A stretch of DNA of 64,000 nucleotides from Rhina ancylostomus (Eukaryota): NCBI GenBank assembly GCA_030265395.1, contig JARFYF010000055.1:17411021-17475020 (forward strand), read 5' to 3'. The notes under the pieces were generated by a model. It did no database searches. It saw only the letters and a list, made by a program, of their open reading frames with translations, and was not told where the DNA came from. Position numbers and translations under genes: made by a program. Below, piece by piece: positions 50,726 to 64,000 of the stretch (the stretch's first letter is position 1; each line of letters opens with the position of its first letter).

Positions 50726-51329
50726 AGTGGATAGAAAAGAGTCTCTCATTTCTCCCATGACCACTTCATTATTTAAAAATGGATTTAAATAACCCTTAAT
50801 GGATAGAAGCCTTTAAGCTTTCTCAGCCTGTTGGAAGCCAGTGTTTGGCACTTGTGTAAATCCTGGCACCATGAGTTCCTAATTCCTCACATTTGCCAGG
50901 CCCAAGTGCCTTGCCAGCCTATTGCTTGGTATCTCAATGAAGGACTGATGAGATTAACCCAATTGAGACAAACATCTTCAAATCTCAGAAACTGTGGGTC
51001 ATTAATCTAGCCAGTGAACAACAGAAGATTTGCTCTTTTTCCCTCAGTGGTTAACACACACTTTACTGGCAGTGAGTATTTAATCGAGATGTTTGCAGAT
51101 CTGTATGATTATCTTGAAACAGGTTTAATCTCTCCTTCAAGATCAATTACATCATCCAAGGAATCAATCTGGTGAATCTTGGTTATACTCCATCTTTTTG
51201 CATGTATAGAGAGAAATGATATTCCAGGTGAGGTTTCACAAGGCTGCTATGTAATATCAGTGAGATATCTTTATTCTTTTACTCAAATTATGTTGCAATT
51301 AAGGCCAAGTAATGTTTACTTTCCTAATT

Positions 51330-53930
51330 GCATGCTGTATCTTCACATTAACATCCAGTGATTCATGTTCCAGGATATCTGACTCTCTGAACACCACACC
51401 TTTCATTCTCTCACCATTTAAGTAATCCTCCAGTTTTCCATGGTTTCTAACAAAGTGAAATACTTCATATTTAACCATATGTTACACCTACATGCTACTT
51501 TCAACAAATGGATGCACAAGGACCCCCAGGTCTCACCAGACCTTCCCTTTTCCTAATTTCTTACTGTTCAGTTTGCTGAAGAATCTGTCTTCCTGTTTTT
51601 GCCACTGAAGTGGATAACCTCACATTTACCCACATTATGCTGAATCTGCCATGCATTTGCACACTCAAGCAAACCTGTCCTAATCATACTGGAACATCTC
51701 TGCAGCCTCCTTACAGCTCACACTCCCACCCAACTTTGAGTCATCTGCAAACTTGGAGATATTGCATTTAATATCCTCATCTGAAGTCACGACAGTTATT
51801 GTTTAGAGCTGGGGTCCAAGCATTGTTCCCTGTCGTAACCCAGTAGTCACTGCCTGCCATTCAGTAAAGGGCCTATTTATGTCTAATGTTGTATCCAGTC
51901 TGTAATCCAGCTCACTCTCCCTGTCAGTTCATTACCCCAATCACACAGTCTTTAATTTTGCATGTTAACCTTTTATGTTGGACCTTGTTGAAAGTCCAAA
52001 TACATCATGTCCTATGTTTTGACTTATCTGTTCAACCAGTTACATTCTCAAAATTCCAGTAAATTTGCCAGTCATGATCTCCCTTTCATAAATCCATGCT
52101 GACCCTGACTGATGCTGTCACTGTTTTTCAAATGCTCTGCTATTACATCATTAATAATGGATTTTAGCATTTTCCCCACTACCAATGTCAGGCTAACCAA
52201 TCAATAATTCCCTGCTTTCTCTCTCCATCCTTTTAGATAGTGAGAATACATTAACTATCCACCAATCCATCGGAACTTCTTCAGTCCAAAAATTGTTGGA
52301 ATATGACGACCAATACAATCATAATTTCTAGGGCGACTTTTTTTAGGATGTTGACTACTGGGGTCTGGGGATTTATTGGCATTCAATCACATCAGTTTCC
52401 CTACATCATTTCCCTTCTAATACTGATGTCTTTCAGTTCCTCCCTCTCACAATACATTAGATTCACTAATATTTCTGGGAGATTATTTGTGTTCTCCTTT
52501 GTGAAGACAGTACCACAGTATTTGTTCAGTTGGTCTGATATTTCTTTGCTCACTGTTTCTGACTGTAAAGAACCTAAATTTGTTTTCACCAACCATGTTC
52601 TCTTCGTATATCTATAGGGGCTTTTTAGAGCCAGATTTTATATTCTCTCCAAGCCAACCCTCACACTATTTTCTCCATCTTAATATAATCCTTTGATCCT
52701 TCTAAACTGTTCCCATTCCTCAGGTTCACTGCTTCGTTGGCCCAAATTAAATGTCTCCTTTAATCTAACACTACCCCTGATTTTTCTCGTTAGCCACAGT
52801 TGAGCCACCCTTCCTGTTTTCTTTTTGTGCCGGGCAGGAATGAAAAGATTGTTCATTAAATGTTTACCATTGCTGACCAACTATCTATTCCCCAATCTAT
52901 TTTAGCCAACTCTTGCCTCATACCATTGTAGTTTCCTTTACTTTGATTCAGGACCCTAGTTTCAGAATCAAATACATCATTCTCCATTTTAATGAAGAAT
53001 TCTATCTTATTAAGCTCATTCCTTCTCAAGAGGCCTTGTACAACAGGATTACTAATTAATTCATTCTTGTTACACAAAACTCAGTTTAAGACTGCTAGCT
53101 CTTTAGTTGATTACTTGATGTATTGGTACAGAAAACCATCCCATACACACTCCAGGAATAATTCCTCCACTGTATTGATCCTAATTTGGTCAGCCCAACT
53201 ATATGTAGAATCACACATGATTTAGACTTGTACTCATATTCACTCTAATTTCCTATTTAATGCATCCCTTGTGTCACCACGACTGTTTGGGGGTCTGTTC
53301 ACAACTCCCACTAATGTGTACCGCCCCTTTGGTATTTCTTAGCTCCATCTGTACACATTCCAAATCGTCTGAGCTAATATCCTTTGTCACTGTGGTGTTA
53401 ATCAGCTCTTTAACCAGCAACACTACCCCACCTCCTTTTCCTCTTTGCCTGTCCTTCCTAAGTATTGAACTATCTTGGGTGCTCAGTTCTCAACTTTGCT
53501 CCCCCTGCAGGCATGTCTCCATAATCCCAGTCATATCATACCTGGTTATATCTATTTGCTCCATTGATTCACCCACCTTATTGTGAATGCTCTATGCATT
53601 AAGGCACAAAGCCTTTATGCTTGACTTATTAACATTCTTTGTCCACATCATTAATTTGCACTATTTGTTTATTTCCCTTGATTTCTCTGCCTTTCATTTT
53701 TGCTTTCCCTTCCTTCCTTCAGCTTCTATCCTTGTTTCCCCTTCCCCGTCACCCTGTTGATATTCCCACTGCCCTGCAATTTTAGTACAAACCTTCCCCA
53801 GCAGCATTAACAAACACTCCCCCAGAACATCAGTCCTGGTCCTACCCACGTGGAGCATGTACTGTCCCACTGCCCTCAAAACCAGTTCCACTGTCCCAGG
53901 GATTTGAATCCCTCCCCATTACACCGTCCA
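51330..53930 (-). mobile_element. Long decayed CR1 LINE: end of ORF1, APE endonuclease and RT
   Basis: The reverse strand gives CLNA.SIHNKVGE..EQIDI..YD..GI.ET.LQG and RKDRQRGKGGGVVLLVK (endonuclease, about 53400-53610), LNKY...VFTKE.T (52401-52592), and LDFQ...ISKFADD.KLGG and WQIQ.N.GKCEVIH (RT, about 51600-52000). The segment 51330-51500 repeats the same RT piece. Confidence 0.85.
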
Positions 53931-53934
53931 CTCA

Positions 53935-54300
53935 AGGGGGTGTAGGACTGGAGAAGGTAACAGAGTTAACAATAAACTACAGAGAAGGGATTCTCACTAG
54001 AAGTGTGAGAACTGTAAAATCAAGTGGGAGCCAACGAAGAGTGGTGGTGAGTGGCCTGGGGCATGGGTTAGGAAATGATGATCAGAATTTTTGAAGACCA
54101 CAAGTTTATGGAGGGGAGAACAAGGAGATCAGCCAGGAGCGCATTGAAGAAATCAAATCTAAAGGTAACAAGAGTGTGATTGAGCGTTTCAGCAGAGGCA
54201 ATTGAAGCAGGGCCGCTGCTGCTGAGGTGGAGTTAATCTTACTGAGGGTACAGATATGTGGCCCAAAGCACATCTTGGGATTGTGTAAGACACAACTGTC
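53935..54300 (-). mobile_element. L2-type LINE relic
   Basis: The sequence 'ggagatcagccaggagcgcattgaagaaatcaaatctaaaggtaacaagagtgtgattgagcgtttcagcag' reads antisense as L2 C-terminal AETL.H..VT.R.D..N.LLA-like. Confidence 0.55.
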
Positions 54301-56504
54301 CAGATGTTCAGTCAGTAACGCTAAATGCATTGGAAAGCAGCATCTCTGCATTGTACTCAGCCTCCAACATTCATGCCATTCATTTGGTGTCATCACGATG
54401 TTAAGGGGTCTGGGGTAGCCCATTGGGGTACTTAAAACAAAACAGAAGACCTATCTGGGCTGGGTTTTAGCACTGGACAGGGACCTGCTCCAAGAAACCA
54501 AACAATTTGCTGGCCTCTATGGAACAGTACTATAAAAGCATGGGAGGTCATGGAGTGCCCAACAATGGAAATTCCTCAGAATGAGCTAATTTCCCAGGCA
54601 AAGCTCCAAAGGAACATTGCTTAATCAGGTAGTGAAATGCATTTCAATGACTTGGCCACCATTTCTTCCCCATTTCAATGTCCACCTTGTGACAAGTAAC
54701 AACATGCAAGTTCATTGCAACTTCACATGCCATCACCGGTTCTATTGCATCTTATCATCCTCCAGACACTTGACATTATAGTCACATTGCTGCTCTCATT
54801 AATGATTCCCCCTGGACCAGCTCCCTAATTTACATCATCAGCAAGCAATCCCCACACCTTCCCCCCTCCCCCCCCCCCACCGCAACTCTGCTTCCCTTCT
54901 GACACCACAGGCCTCTCCGGTGCTTTTTCTAACACCTTCAATTGTGTGAAGTAAGTACCATGAAAAATCCTGAATACATTTGCACATTCCCTGTTAGCAA
55001 ACAGGAAAGAAAACTGTTGTTGCCGTGTAACAGTTGAAACTTCTCCCCTCTGATGCTGGCTCTGGTATTTACAGCTTGATAGCTGTTGACAGAAGCAGAC
55101 TGTGTTGCTCGTGAACCCAAAACTCTCTCTGTTCATTGGATTTAATGACAAGAATAAAACAAAAAAACACACAGTGGTAAATAGTGCATTCTGCCATATC
55201 CCTCCCCCAGTTTAGAGGTGGCAAAATTCCAAAGGAAAATCACAAGAGTAAAGGTTTAAGTTTTAAAAAGTTGACCTATCTTCTCATTTGACTTTCTGAA
55301 CCCTGTTCATGCCTTTTACACTGTTGGAAACATCAAGCAATTGATGGTTACACCTTTGGCTCAAAAGGACTGGATGCATAAACTCACAGGCCTATCAGCC
55401 TGACCTATTTATGTGAAAACGCCCTTTTATGATGTACTAAAGTCTGTGAGGAATTATAGTTTCAGGCCATTTAGCACTGAGGTTAGGAGAAATTTCTTTG
55501 CAATTCTCTCAAAAATGTCANNNNNNNNNNNNNNNNNNNNNNNNNNNNNNNNNNNNNNNNNNNNNNNNNNNNNNNNNNNNNNNNNNNNNNNNNNNNNNNN
55601 NNNNNNNNNNNNNNNNNNNNNNNNNNNNNNNNNNNNNNNNNNNNNNNNNNNNNNNNNNNNNNNNNNNNNNNNNNNNNNNNNNNNNNNNNNNNNNNNNNNN
55701 NNNNNNNNNNNNNNNNNNNNNNNNNNNNNNNNNNNNNNNNNNNNNTGCTATTACATGCGCTTCAGTGAACACTCTGATGTTTGGCCAGATCTCACAGTCT
55801 ATTGCTGTCTAAATGGTAGGAGGTCCCATCATTTACAGGCAAAAGACACCAATGTCTTGCTGTGAATCTTCACTGGGGGAAATTTCTTTTCTGACACTGC
55901 AACAGATTAGACCTGGTGGAGAATCCAAAAGCCCATTGATATTGGATTGTAGGGCAAAAGCTTGAGGGAAAAGGGAATGCAAGTTATCAATTTAATAATC
56001 AATTTGCCTTCCTTATGTTTATAACTGATTGCGTATTTTAGCTTATTTTACTTCAAAGTTTTTTAATTATTTACTTCAATTTTTATGTTAGAGACATGTA
56101 AAGGTTATTAAATGTCACAACTTTTACAGCTGGCAAAGCTGAGGGAGGGGTTGTCAAGCTATAGCATTGGTCACCAGTATGTGGTAAACCAATAATGGCC
56201 CAACACTTATCCAAACCCAAGTATGTATGAGTATATGGGGACTAAGGCAGTGGTTTCTACAGGCAGTGGGACCCTGCTATTAATTTTTAGGCAATAGTAA
56301 ATAGCACAATACTTAATGAAAAGCAATTTGTTAATTTGGCATACTGTTTAGAAACAGGGAAGATTTTACCCTTGGGTGAATTTTCTTTGCACATTACAAT
56401 GTGATGTCACGTGCTTTCTGCCTGAGCACAAACACACATCAACAGCAGATGTTATTATCCAGGTATATGGTGCACATACAAATTATAACCTAGTTTTTAA
56501 ACTA

Positions 56505-56810
56505 ATAGAACAGAAAGTGCTGGAAATACTCAGAAGGTCAGGCAGCTTCTGAAGAAATCAGGTTTATTAACACTGACTTGTATGACATGGAGTTTGTTGT
56601 TCTGCAGCAGCAGTATAGTGCAAAGACATAAAATTACTATAAATTACAAAAATAAATAGTGCAAAAAACAAGGTAGTGTTCATAAGTTCATGGACCATCT
56701 ACATGGATCATCAGCTCTGTTTTGCTCTCCACATGTGCTGCCTGACCTGCTGAGTAATTCCAGCTTCTTCTGTTTTAGATTTCCAGTGTCTGCAGTATTC
56801 TGCTTTTGGA
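56505..56810. mobile_element. Palindromic PLE-derived element with a Rex-type 3'UTR fragment inserted in its centre
   Basis: The arms are 'cagaaagtgctggaaatactcagaaggtcaggcagc' and 'gctgcctgacctgctgagtaattccagcttcttctg'. The centre (about 56556-56700) starts 'aatcaggtttatt...', like an antisense LINE 3' end. Confidence 0.7.
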
Positions 56811-59800
56811 TTATATAGAAGCTCTAGGGATATATCGAGTTGTGATTTCAGCTAATACTTTTTATCAGCAAAATGTAAAAGAAAAAGGATGAAAAAGTAA
56901 CCATGAAAAATAGTTGTAGATGTGCCACAGGACAAAGTGGGATAACAACAAAAGACACTTTCAGCTCCAAAACATTTGACCAACCTTTTGTGGGTGTTGT
57001 GCAGCCTGGGAAAGGGGATTGTCTAGGTAAATGACAGCAGGTAAATGAAATAGGAACAACAGTGGGGAACACCTCAGAAATGTGTTCCACTGATGGCTCT
57101 GGTTTACAAGAGGGATGGGAGGGGGAAGTTACACACTTTAAGGACGTCAATCCTTGCAAAGGAGAAGGTGAGAAGGTGTCTAAAGATTAGCACCCAGGGG
57201 TGGGGGGGTGGGTGGAAGTGTCCAGAGGAGGATGGAAGCTCTCCAAATTTGCATTATTGTTTGAATGAACTTGAATGAGAAGGCAATCATTGCAATCCAA
57301 GAGTGGAAAAAAGCATTATCCATTTTATTCTTTTTCTTACTTAATAACTGTGTCCCCACTTTCAAAATTATGCAATGACTATTTCATTTTTTTTGTCTTT
57401 TAATTCCATCAAATATATAATATGCTCTCAGTTTATAGTGGGGACCTCCAAGATTGCTGCTCACAGAACAAATCTCAGACAGGACTGAGAGGGTACAGTG
57501 GTTGAACTGCTCACAATCCACTAAGGGACAATGCAAAGGCTATTGAATTTTCTGCCAGAGTAAGGGAGAAAATCAGGCCTTGAACTGTCTGCAGGGAAGC
57601 TTGGGGATCTCAGAAAATTGGTACATGGACATCAGCTGATCCAACATTTGCAAATGGTGTCATTTAGGCATGAACTTTGCTCAGGTTACTCTTAGTCTGT
57701 AAATTCATAAAACTCGGCCTTAGTCAAAAGAACAAGCTCTGTGGTCAGCCTAAGATTCTGCCCAGGTCCTCATTCTGTTAAAGTGCCTTGGAAATCTTTT
57801 AACTACAGAGATCGTTGATGTTGCTGCAAATAACATTATGACTGAAGGCCTCATTCNNNNNNNNNNNNNNNNNNNNNNNNNNNNNNNNNNNNNNNNNNNN
57901 NNNNNNNNNNNNNNNNNNNNNNNNNNNNNNNNNNNNNNNNNNNNNNNNNNNNNNNNNNNNNNNNNNNNNNNNNNNNNNNNNNNNNNNNNNNNNNNNNNNN
58001 NNNNNCCATAGATTACACTGTTCCTGCTCTTAACACTACTTTATCATTGCCAGTATTTTAACTTATTTGGAAATTCCTCCTGGTCTGGAATGATTTACGA
58101 TCAGTAACCAGCTCTCAAGATGCAGTTTCATCTCTCAGGCCTTCCTGCTGCGCTGCATCTATTTTAATTTGTGTTGGGTCCTTATCGGTCTTGCAGCAGT
58201 GTGTTTCTTGATATACATACAAAAAATATTTTCTGCCGACTGGGAGATATCAGACCTGGAATTGTCACTGAAATAAATGGGGACTCTAATCCTATGCAAG
58301 TGATCCTGCGACATCATCTGTCACTCAGCAAGTCTCAGACTTCCATGTTTAGCAGCACACACGCAAGCGTCTAAGACTTACTGATGCTTCAATGGATAAA
58401 CCACCAACTCCAGCCCAAAGTGGATCATTCAGTTCTCTGAAGATTCCACTTCTTATTCAGCAAGATTATCTAAAAGGCTTTTGGAATGACTTCACCAAGG
58501 CTTCTTTTCTCTACTAGGTGAAGGATAACCTGGATAAAATATTGCTGGTGTGACTTCAATGGGCCCACAGCCTCAATCACCAGATTGCCATAACCTATCA
58601 GCTTGTGCCAATAAAGTGTCCTTCTGGAAAAGATAAATTTATATGACCACAAATGAAGGACAGGAGATGGGATTGAAGTGGTTTATTCATAAAAGGTTGG
58701 AGCAGTCTCGAGCTGAATGACCGGCTGCACCAAGATATTGTGATCATTAATACACTTCTATTTCACCAAATACAGTTGTGAGGTGGAGTACTGGACAAGA
58801 TTTTTCAGAAACACATTGAAAAATCGCTATCCAAACACCTGATACAACTTTAACCTGTGTAAACTTATGTACCTGTATAAATAGTCCAAAACAGGTGATG
58901 GATTATACAGACGAAAGGTTATGAGGAAATGTTTGTGGCAATACAAGGGTTTCTCATAACCCACTACAATGAACAATTATGTGTTAGTATTCACCTGTTC
59001 CTTCCATCTGTTGAAGAGCTGTGACCCGTAGGGCTATAGACCTCATGCTGGATGGAGAGATTGATTTAGGTAGTCATTATTCACCTGGCTCAGACACAAT
59101 AGGCTTAAAGGCCTCTTTCTGTGGTATAAATCTTCAATAATTATTTTCCAATCATTTTATTGTTTAACAAGACCAGTCTGTAGTGGCTATGTGAACAACT
59201 CCTCATTTGAGCATCAAATATCATGTCCTTTGTCCGTGCTCTCTTCAAGCAAACCTTGAAAAACCTCAACTGTACTTGCATATGGACTAAATAACAGAAT
59301 CCACTATGACGCCATAATGCATAATAGTCCTGGAAATGCAGCAAAGCTTGCCATTGGGATTTCAATTATAGATGTTAGGTTCTTGGTAGCAGTGTACGAT
59401 TTTATGCAACTGTGACCAGCTGAAATAAACTACATAATTGCCAGATAGAATCTATAAAATTGCCAAGAGGGATCCTTGTATATCAGTTGAAAGCAGGTGT
59501 CACCTCCATGGTGATTGATAGGAGAGGTGAAATTGCGGGCAGAGATTGTCTATAATTCTAGGATTCCTAATCATTACTCTTTTCATCAGATTAAATATAT
59601 TTTGCCTAGGAGTCAGCTAAATTAACACTGGCCAGAAAATTCTGTTAGCAAAGCATTTCCCTTGTGTTTCCTTCTTCAGCTCTATCATCATATCAAGAAC
59701 TATCAATGACAACTCCAGTAGTTATTCTTCAAAGCAATCTGCAGAGTTCTATCATTATTGAAGGCAACATTAATGTAAAATACAAATTATTAGGACTAGA

Positions 59801-59819
59801 ATTGGCATTAGATATTGAA

Positions 59820-59920
59820 CTGAAAACAGAAAATATGAGAAGCGCTCAGCAGGTTGGGGAGCATCCGTGCAAAGAGAAACCGAGTTAATGTTTCGGGTCC
59901 AACACGCTTCTTCAGAATGA
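59820..59920 (-). mobile_element. Arm of the PLE-derived repeat with the best-preserved hammerhead-like core
   Basis: The reverse strand reads 'tt CTGAAGA agcgtgttggaccc GAAA cattaactcggtttctctttgcacggatgctcccccaacctgctgagcg'. Confidence 0.7.
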
Positions 59921-61867
59921 TAAAGTTCTTTTTGAATTTAATTAGATACTGTATGTATGTTTCCTCCCATCACTGTAACTCTTAACTCAAAGATCAAGTA
60001 GTTTTAATGACTGTACCACAGAATCATCATTGAAGATTGAGGATGACTTGCCTCCACTTAGGTTTTGTGGGTAGTGAGACCATTGGGTTGTCAGCACTGC
60101 TTGGCGTTCTTCACCCTGGTGAGCACTCATACGTGTTCTCAAAAATATGCAACACCACAGGGTGCTGATTTTTTTTAATATAGTTGCACCTTAAAAATTG
60201 ATGAGGCTTCTGGGAAATGCTGGAATCTGAGTGGGTCACAGAATGTTTGCAAAATGGTGTGGAGACATGATGAGCATGAAAGGGACTGAAATCTGGCAGG
60301 AACTGGAGAACCATTCAAGAATGATATAAAACATGGCTAGTAGCTGGAAAAGTGATCAGACGCAGAAAATGTACTGGATTATTGGAAAAAATATTTGGTA
60401 CTGAACATTGTTAAATATTTGGAAACTTTTTTTTCACCATTATTGAATCAGTAAACAGTTCTCAATAACCATGGGTATAATTCAAGCATAAATAACAGCC
60501 AAAGCTTTTCCTTTCAACTACCTAAGTAGGTTTTCTATTTGGTTAGGTTTTCTATCTACCTAAAATCTTATTGAAACAGAAGCTTGTGTAGTGTACACGT
60601 TTCTTTCAAATCATCTCTGTTAATATCTTCAATAGGAATTCCAGTGTTAATTGTCACTACATGAAACTGTATCCTGCTGTGATATTATGTGGTGCTCTAA
60701 TGGGAAAATCAATTTTAGATGACAATATCAACCTGTCACTATTGCCTGTCATTACCTTATGCAGTCATTAAATGAAATTCCAAAGTGTATTGAGAACCAT
60801 GACTGTCACACGGCTCTGTGACAGGAGCATTTTTCAATAGTCAACAGCTGTGGCAAAAAGGCTAAACAGATGTTGAAAATACATCAGACTTCATGGGTTT
60901 TTGTAACACATATATTCCATGGTTACAGCTCATCCCATCCGGCAACTACACTCAGTTTGCTAAGAAACAAGAGAAAATGTACATTGTTCATTCAAATAAA
61001 TAGTTTTATACAGTAAAAATGTAAGGAAAGCTGCAAACAGCTTTGGATGAGCTAATGTAGAATTGACCATTTGTATACGGTAAATTTGTAAATTCTGTGA
61101 ACATTATACTGTTTGGAAAAAATGCCTATATTATTTTTGCTTCTGTGAATTTTTTTAATTAATTGCTAAAGAAAGTGACTGGCAATTCATCTGTAGAGAA
61201 TGGGTGAACATTACGATTTTACTGTCTGCTGGACTGACAAGACTCGTAGAGGGCATCTCACATGCAGAGCAATAAAAGCAATTTCCTTGACTGTGGTTAA
61301 TTGTTGGAGCTGACCATATTAATGGTATAATGAAAATAGTAAAAAATACAGACTTAAATTAAGAAGCAACTTGAAAAATCTTGAAATATAGGAACTGAAT
61401 GCTGTACAAATTTGTTGGAACGGTAACTTTATTGTCTTGAAAGGATTGCACACGAGGTTAACCCACAAGTTGGCTGAGTTCAATTCTGAACTGTATTCCC
61501 CACAGATTTAGGTAAGAGTGAATTGGGAATAAATCCTCTATTGTGAGAAAAATATTCCATTTTCACATATATATTTTCATATTTTCACATAGAAAAATTG
61601 AACTTAGGCAATTATATCTATGATTAATATTATGGTGCATTGTAATCTGATTCTTGCATCACTGCTTAGATCTTTGGGGATACCATTCTGCTCCAATTGT
61701 AATCCATCAATTATAGTGCACATTTCAATTAGTGTAATCACAGCCTGAAATAACCATTGCAGCATTAGGGCCACAGAGACATGAAACAAAATTTATACTG
61801 AATAAAACAATTATTAGAGAATGGAACCTTTGTTGATTAGACCCCTTATCCATTAAGCTGCTAAAGA

Positions 61868-62062
61868 TATACACAGTGTAGAAACAGGGCCTTCGCACTA
61901 TAGTCAATTTATAGTGCCCAATTTCCCTACCAACTTGCATCCCTTTAGGATGTGGGAGTAAACTGGAGCAACCAGAGGAAGCCCATGAGCTCACAGAGAG
62001 AGTGTGCAAATTCCATGGAGACAGAGATCAGGTTTGAACCCAGGTCACAGGCACTGTGAAGT
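61868..62062 (-). mobile_element. V-SINE, internally deleted, with a CR1 tail
   Basis: Contains the antisense V-domain 'ctttaggatgtgggagtaaactggagcaaccagaggaagccca', B-box 'ggtttgaacc' and tail 'gaaacagggccttcg'. Confidence 0.8.
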
Positions 62063-63696
62063 ATCACTAACCTAGTCTATCTCATGTATTTTGGACTATT
62101 TTGATTCTGATAATACTTTTTTCTGGGATACATATTTTAAAAATAATAGTATAACATAAATGTTAAAATAAGCTGAAGGTAAAGAAATATTAAGAGAGTT
62201 TTAATGCTGCTGCTGCATTTTCAATGATTTCCCAAGTCCATTTGGTAATGAATCAAAAAGTTGCTGAGGTACTACTCTCCATAGATACTCAGACAATGAA
62301 TTATAACTGAGCAGCAAAAGGTATTTTCTAAATAGTGAAGTTAATAAATATGACACATTTACACATGTTGTAAGGAACTGATAAAGTAATCCAACATTAC
62401 TTCAGGGCTAATTTGGATGCAGTTAAAATTTAAGTTAATTTACTCCATTGTAAAATCAGCAGTTTCAATATGGTAGTTAAGGAGATAAGTGTCAGCTTCT
62501 GTTTAAATCCTCCAGAAGCCAGTTAATAATGTTAATGTATTACAAATTAAGTCCCTGACAATTTAGAATGGGCACAGTAATGTTAAATTCATAAACATTC
62601 AGTAATTAAATTTTAAATGGGCTATGACAACAGTGACAACAGGCAGGTAGTTAAATGGGAGAGCCAGCAAGTTGCTGTCTAAGTTGCCCAAGAGAGAAGC
62701 TGCATGAGAAGAGTTTCTTTAACTAACCGCAAGTTCCCCAAAGGAAATTTGTGCAGTAGCATCATGCTCCAGCTTGAAGTGGGTTAGGCAGTTAGGTTAC
62801 TCATGATCATGAGCAATGAACAGACCTGTGACTATTTTGAACCATTATTCCTGTTTGGAGACAAGTACAAAATGACAGTTAAAATAAAATCACCTCCAAG
62901 AAACAGGGATAGAACTTTGCATAAAATAGATGGTTGAACACAATTTTTGGAGGCTAATAATTTTCCTTTTTCATTTGTGCTCAGTAACCTCTTGCCCAAC
63001 TTGAGGTATTTTGCTCAAGTGAATAAACTTGCCACTCTCATGAAAAATCAGTGGCAGTAGATCTGCTGTGGATATGCCCCAAAATGGGCAGTCCCTGGGA
63101 AGAGGCTGTAACACAGTTTGCCTTAGCATGGCACTCACCACAGGACTTCTGTGCTGCCAGAGTCTAACAGAGCAGCAGGAACCTCTGCAGATTACCCAGC
63201 TCAAAGTTAAGCAGGCAGAAGTACAGAGAGCCCAGTGAAATCAATGGGAGAAATCAACTATGAGGAGAAATCAGATGAGGCTTCTTATTGGATTTAATTA
63301 AGGTTATTTAAATGTTTTAATTGTTTTCAAGTGCATCTGCATGTGTTTTTGCTCTTTAATACCTTTTTATTTCAATTTTTTAACTTTTTTATTTTTGACA
63401 GGTTGTTATGAATATCAAAGATGTTCACAAACATCAATTTAATTGACAGATGTGGCAGATGGTGAGCTGGAGTGGGAGCAGGGTGGGGTGCAGGGCCTCA
63501 AATTTGTTTCTGTCAGTGCAGCCAGCCACNNNNNNNNNNTTGCATCTAGCGAGCCCCTCTGCTGCCCTGTCATTTGCTGATGTATTCAGATGTAGGCTTC
63601 TAGTGGAAGATTGTACGCTAGACCATGCTGGAAAACAAAGTGTGGTCCAGGGTGCAGATGACTGGTGAACCCAGCTTGGCAGAAGACATGTCCCAT

Positions 63697-64000
63697 TAGT
63701 GGCACAGTGGCACAACCCGTAAAACTTGTAGCTCTAGGGACCCAGGTTCAATCCTGACCTATGGTGCTGTCTGTGTGGTGTTTGTACATTCTCCCCATGA
63801 CCAGGTGGGTTTCCACTGAGTGCTCTGGGTTTCCCCCCACATTCCAAAGACATGCAGTGTGGGTTGATAGGTTAAATGGCCACTGTATTTTGCCTCCAGC
63901 ATGTAGCTGAGTGGTAGAATCTGGGGGGGAGTTGATGGGAATGTGGGAAAAATAAAATGGGATTAAGGTAAATGATTGTGTGATGGTTGGTGAGGACATG
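63697..64000 (+). mobile_element. V-SINE (HE1-like), running off the window end
   Basis: Reads 'gtggcacagtggcaca...ccaggttcaatcctgacc...gtgggtttccactgagtgctctgggtttcccccca cattccaaagac'. Confidence 0.85.

Noticed and set aside
56406-56413. CLEAR-like GTCACGTG motif as TFEB control of ULK2
   Set aside because: It is a single 8-mer about 40 kb from the exons with no promoter context, and is compatible with chance.
58340-58520. Open frame QHTRKRLRLTDASMDKPPTP... after a tttag
   Set aside because: The polypyrimidine tract is weak, I recognise no homolog, and there are no supporting neighbouring exons.
63430-63690. Possible Harbinger C-terminal relic (FRC...SSGRLY)
   Set aside because: The similarity is limited to a few residues across frameshifts, too weak to call.
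16279-64000. AKAP10 3' exons, expected from mammalian synteny
   Set aside because: I recognised no AKAP10 C-terminal peptide (such as AWKIAKMIV) by eye. Its absence is not proven without TBLASTN.

Overview
This is eukaryotic, vertebrate DNA. It is AT-rich, CpG-depleted and repeat-dense, with 15 N-gaps. The repeat set (V-domain SINEs with CR1 tails, Deu- and Meta-type SINE relics, many CR1 LINEs, Rex-Babar, Tx1/L1, Penelope and Harbinger relics) points to a cartilaginous fish (shark or ray); the species cannot be determined. The only host coding sequence I can support is two minus-strand exons of the autophagy kinase gene ULK2, at 16070-16162 and 14392-14433, both with canonical AG/GT ends. 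I could not find its ATG-bearing first exon or its next downstream exon in the called bases. Most ORFs in the supplied track are spurious or decayed transposon fragments. The most notable non-genic signals are a family of short palindromic Penelope-derived elements with minimal hammerhead-ribozyme cores, V-SINEs with two different LINE-derived tails, and an orphan CpG-rich island at about 35.9-37.7 kb with outward-facing splice donors. All repeat calls come from recognising motifs by eye, not from a database search, and their boundaries are approximate.
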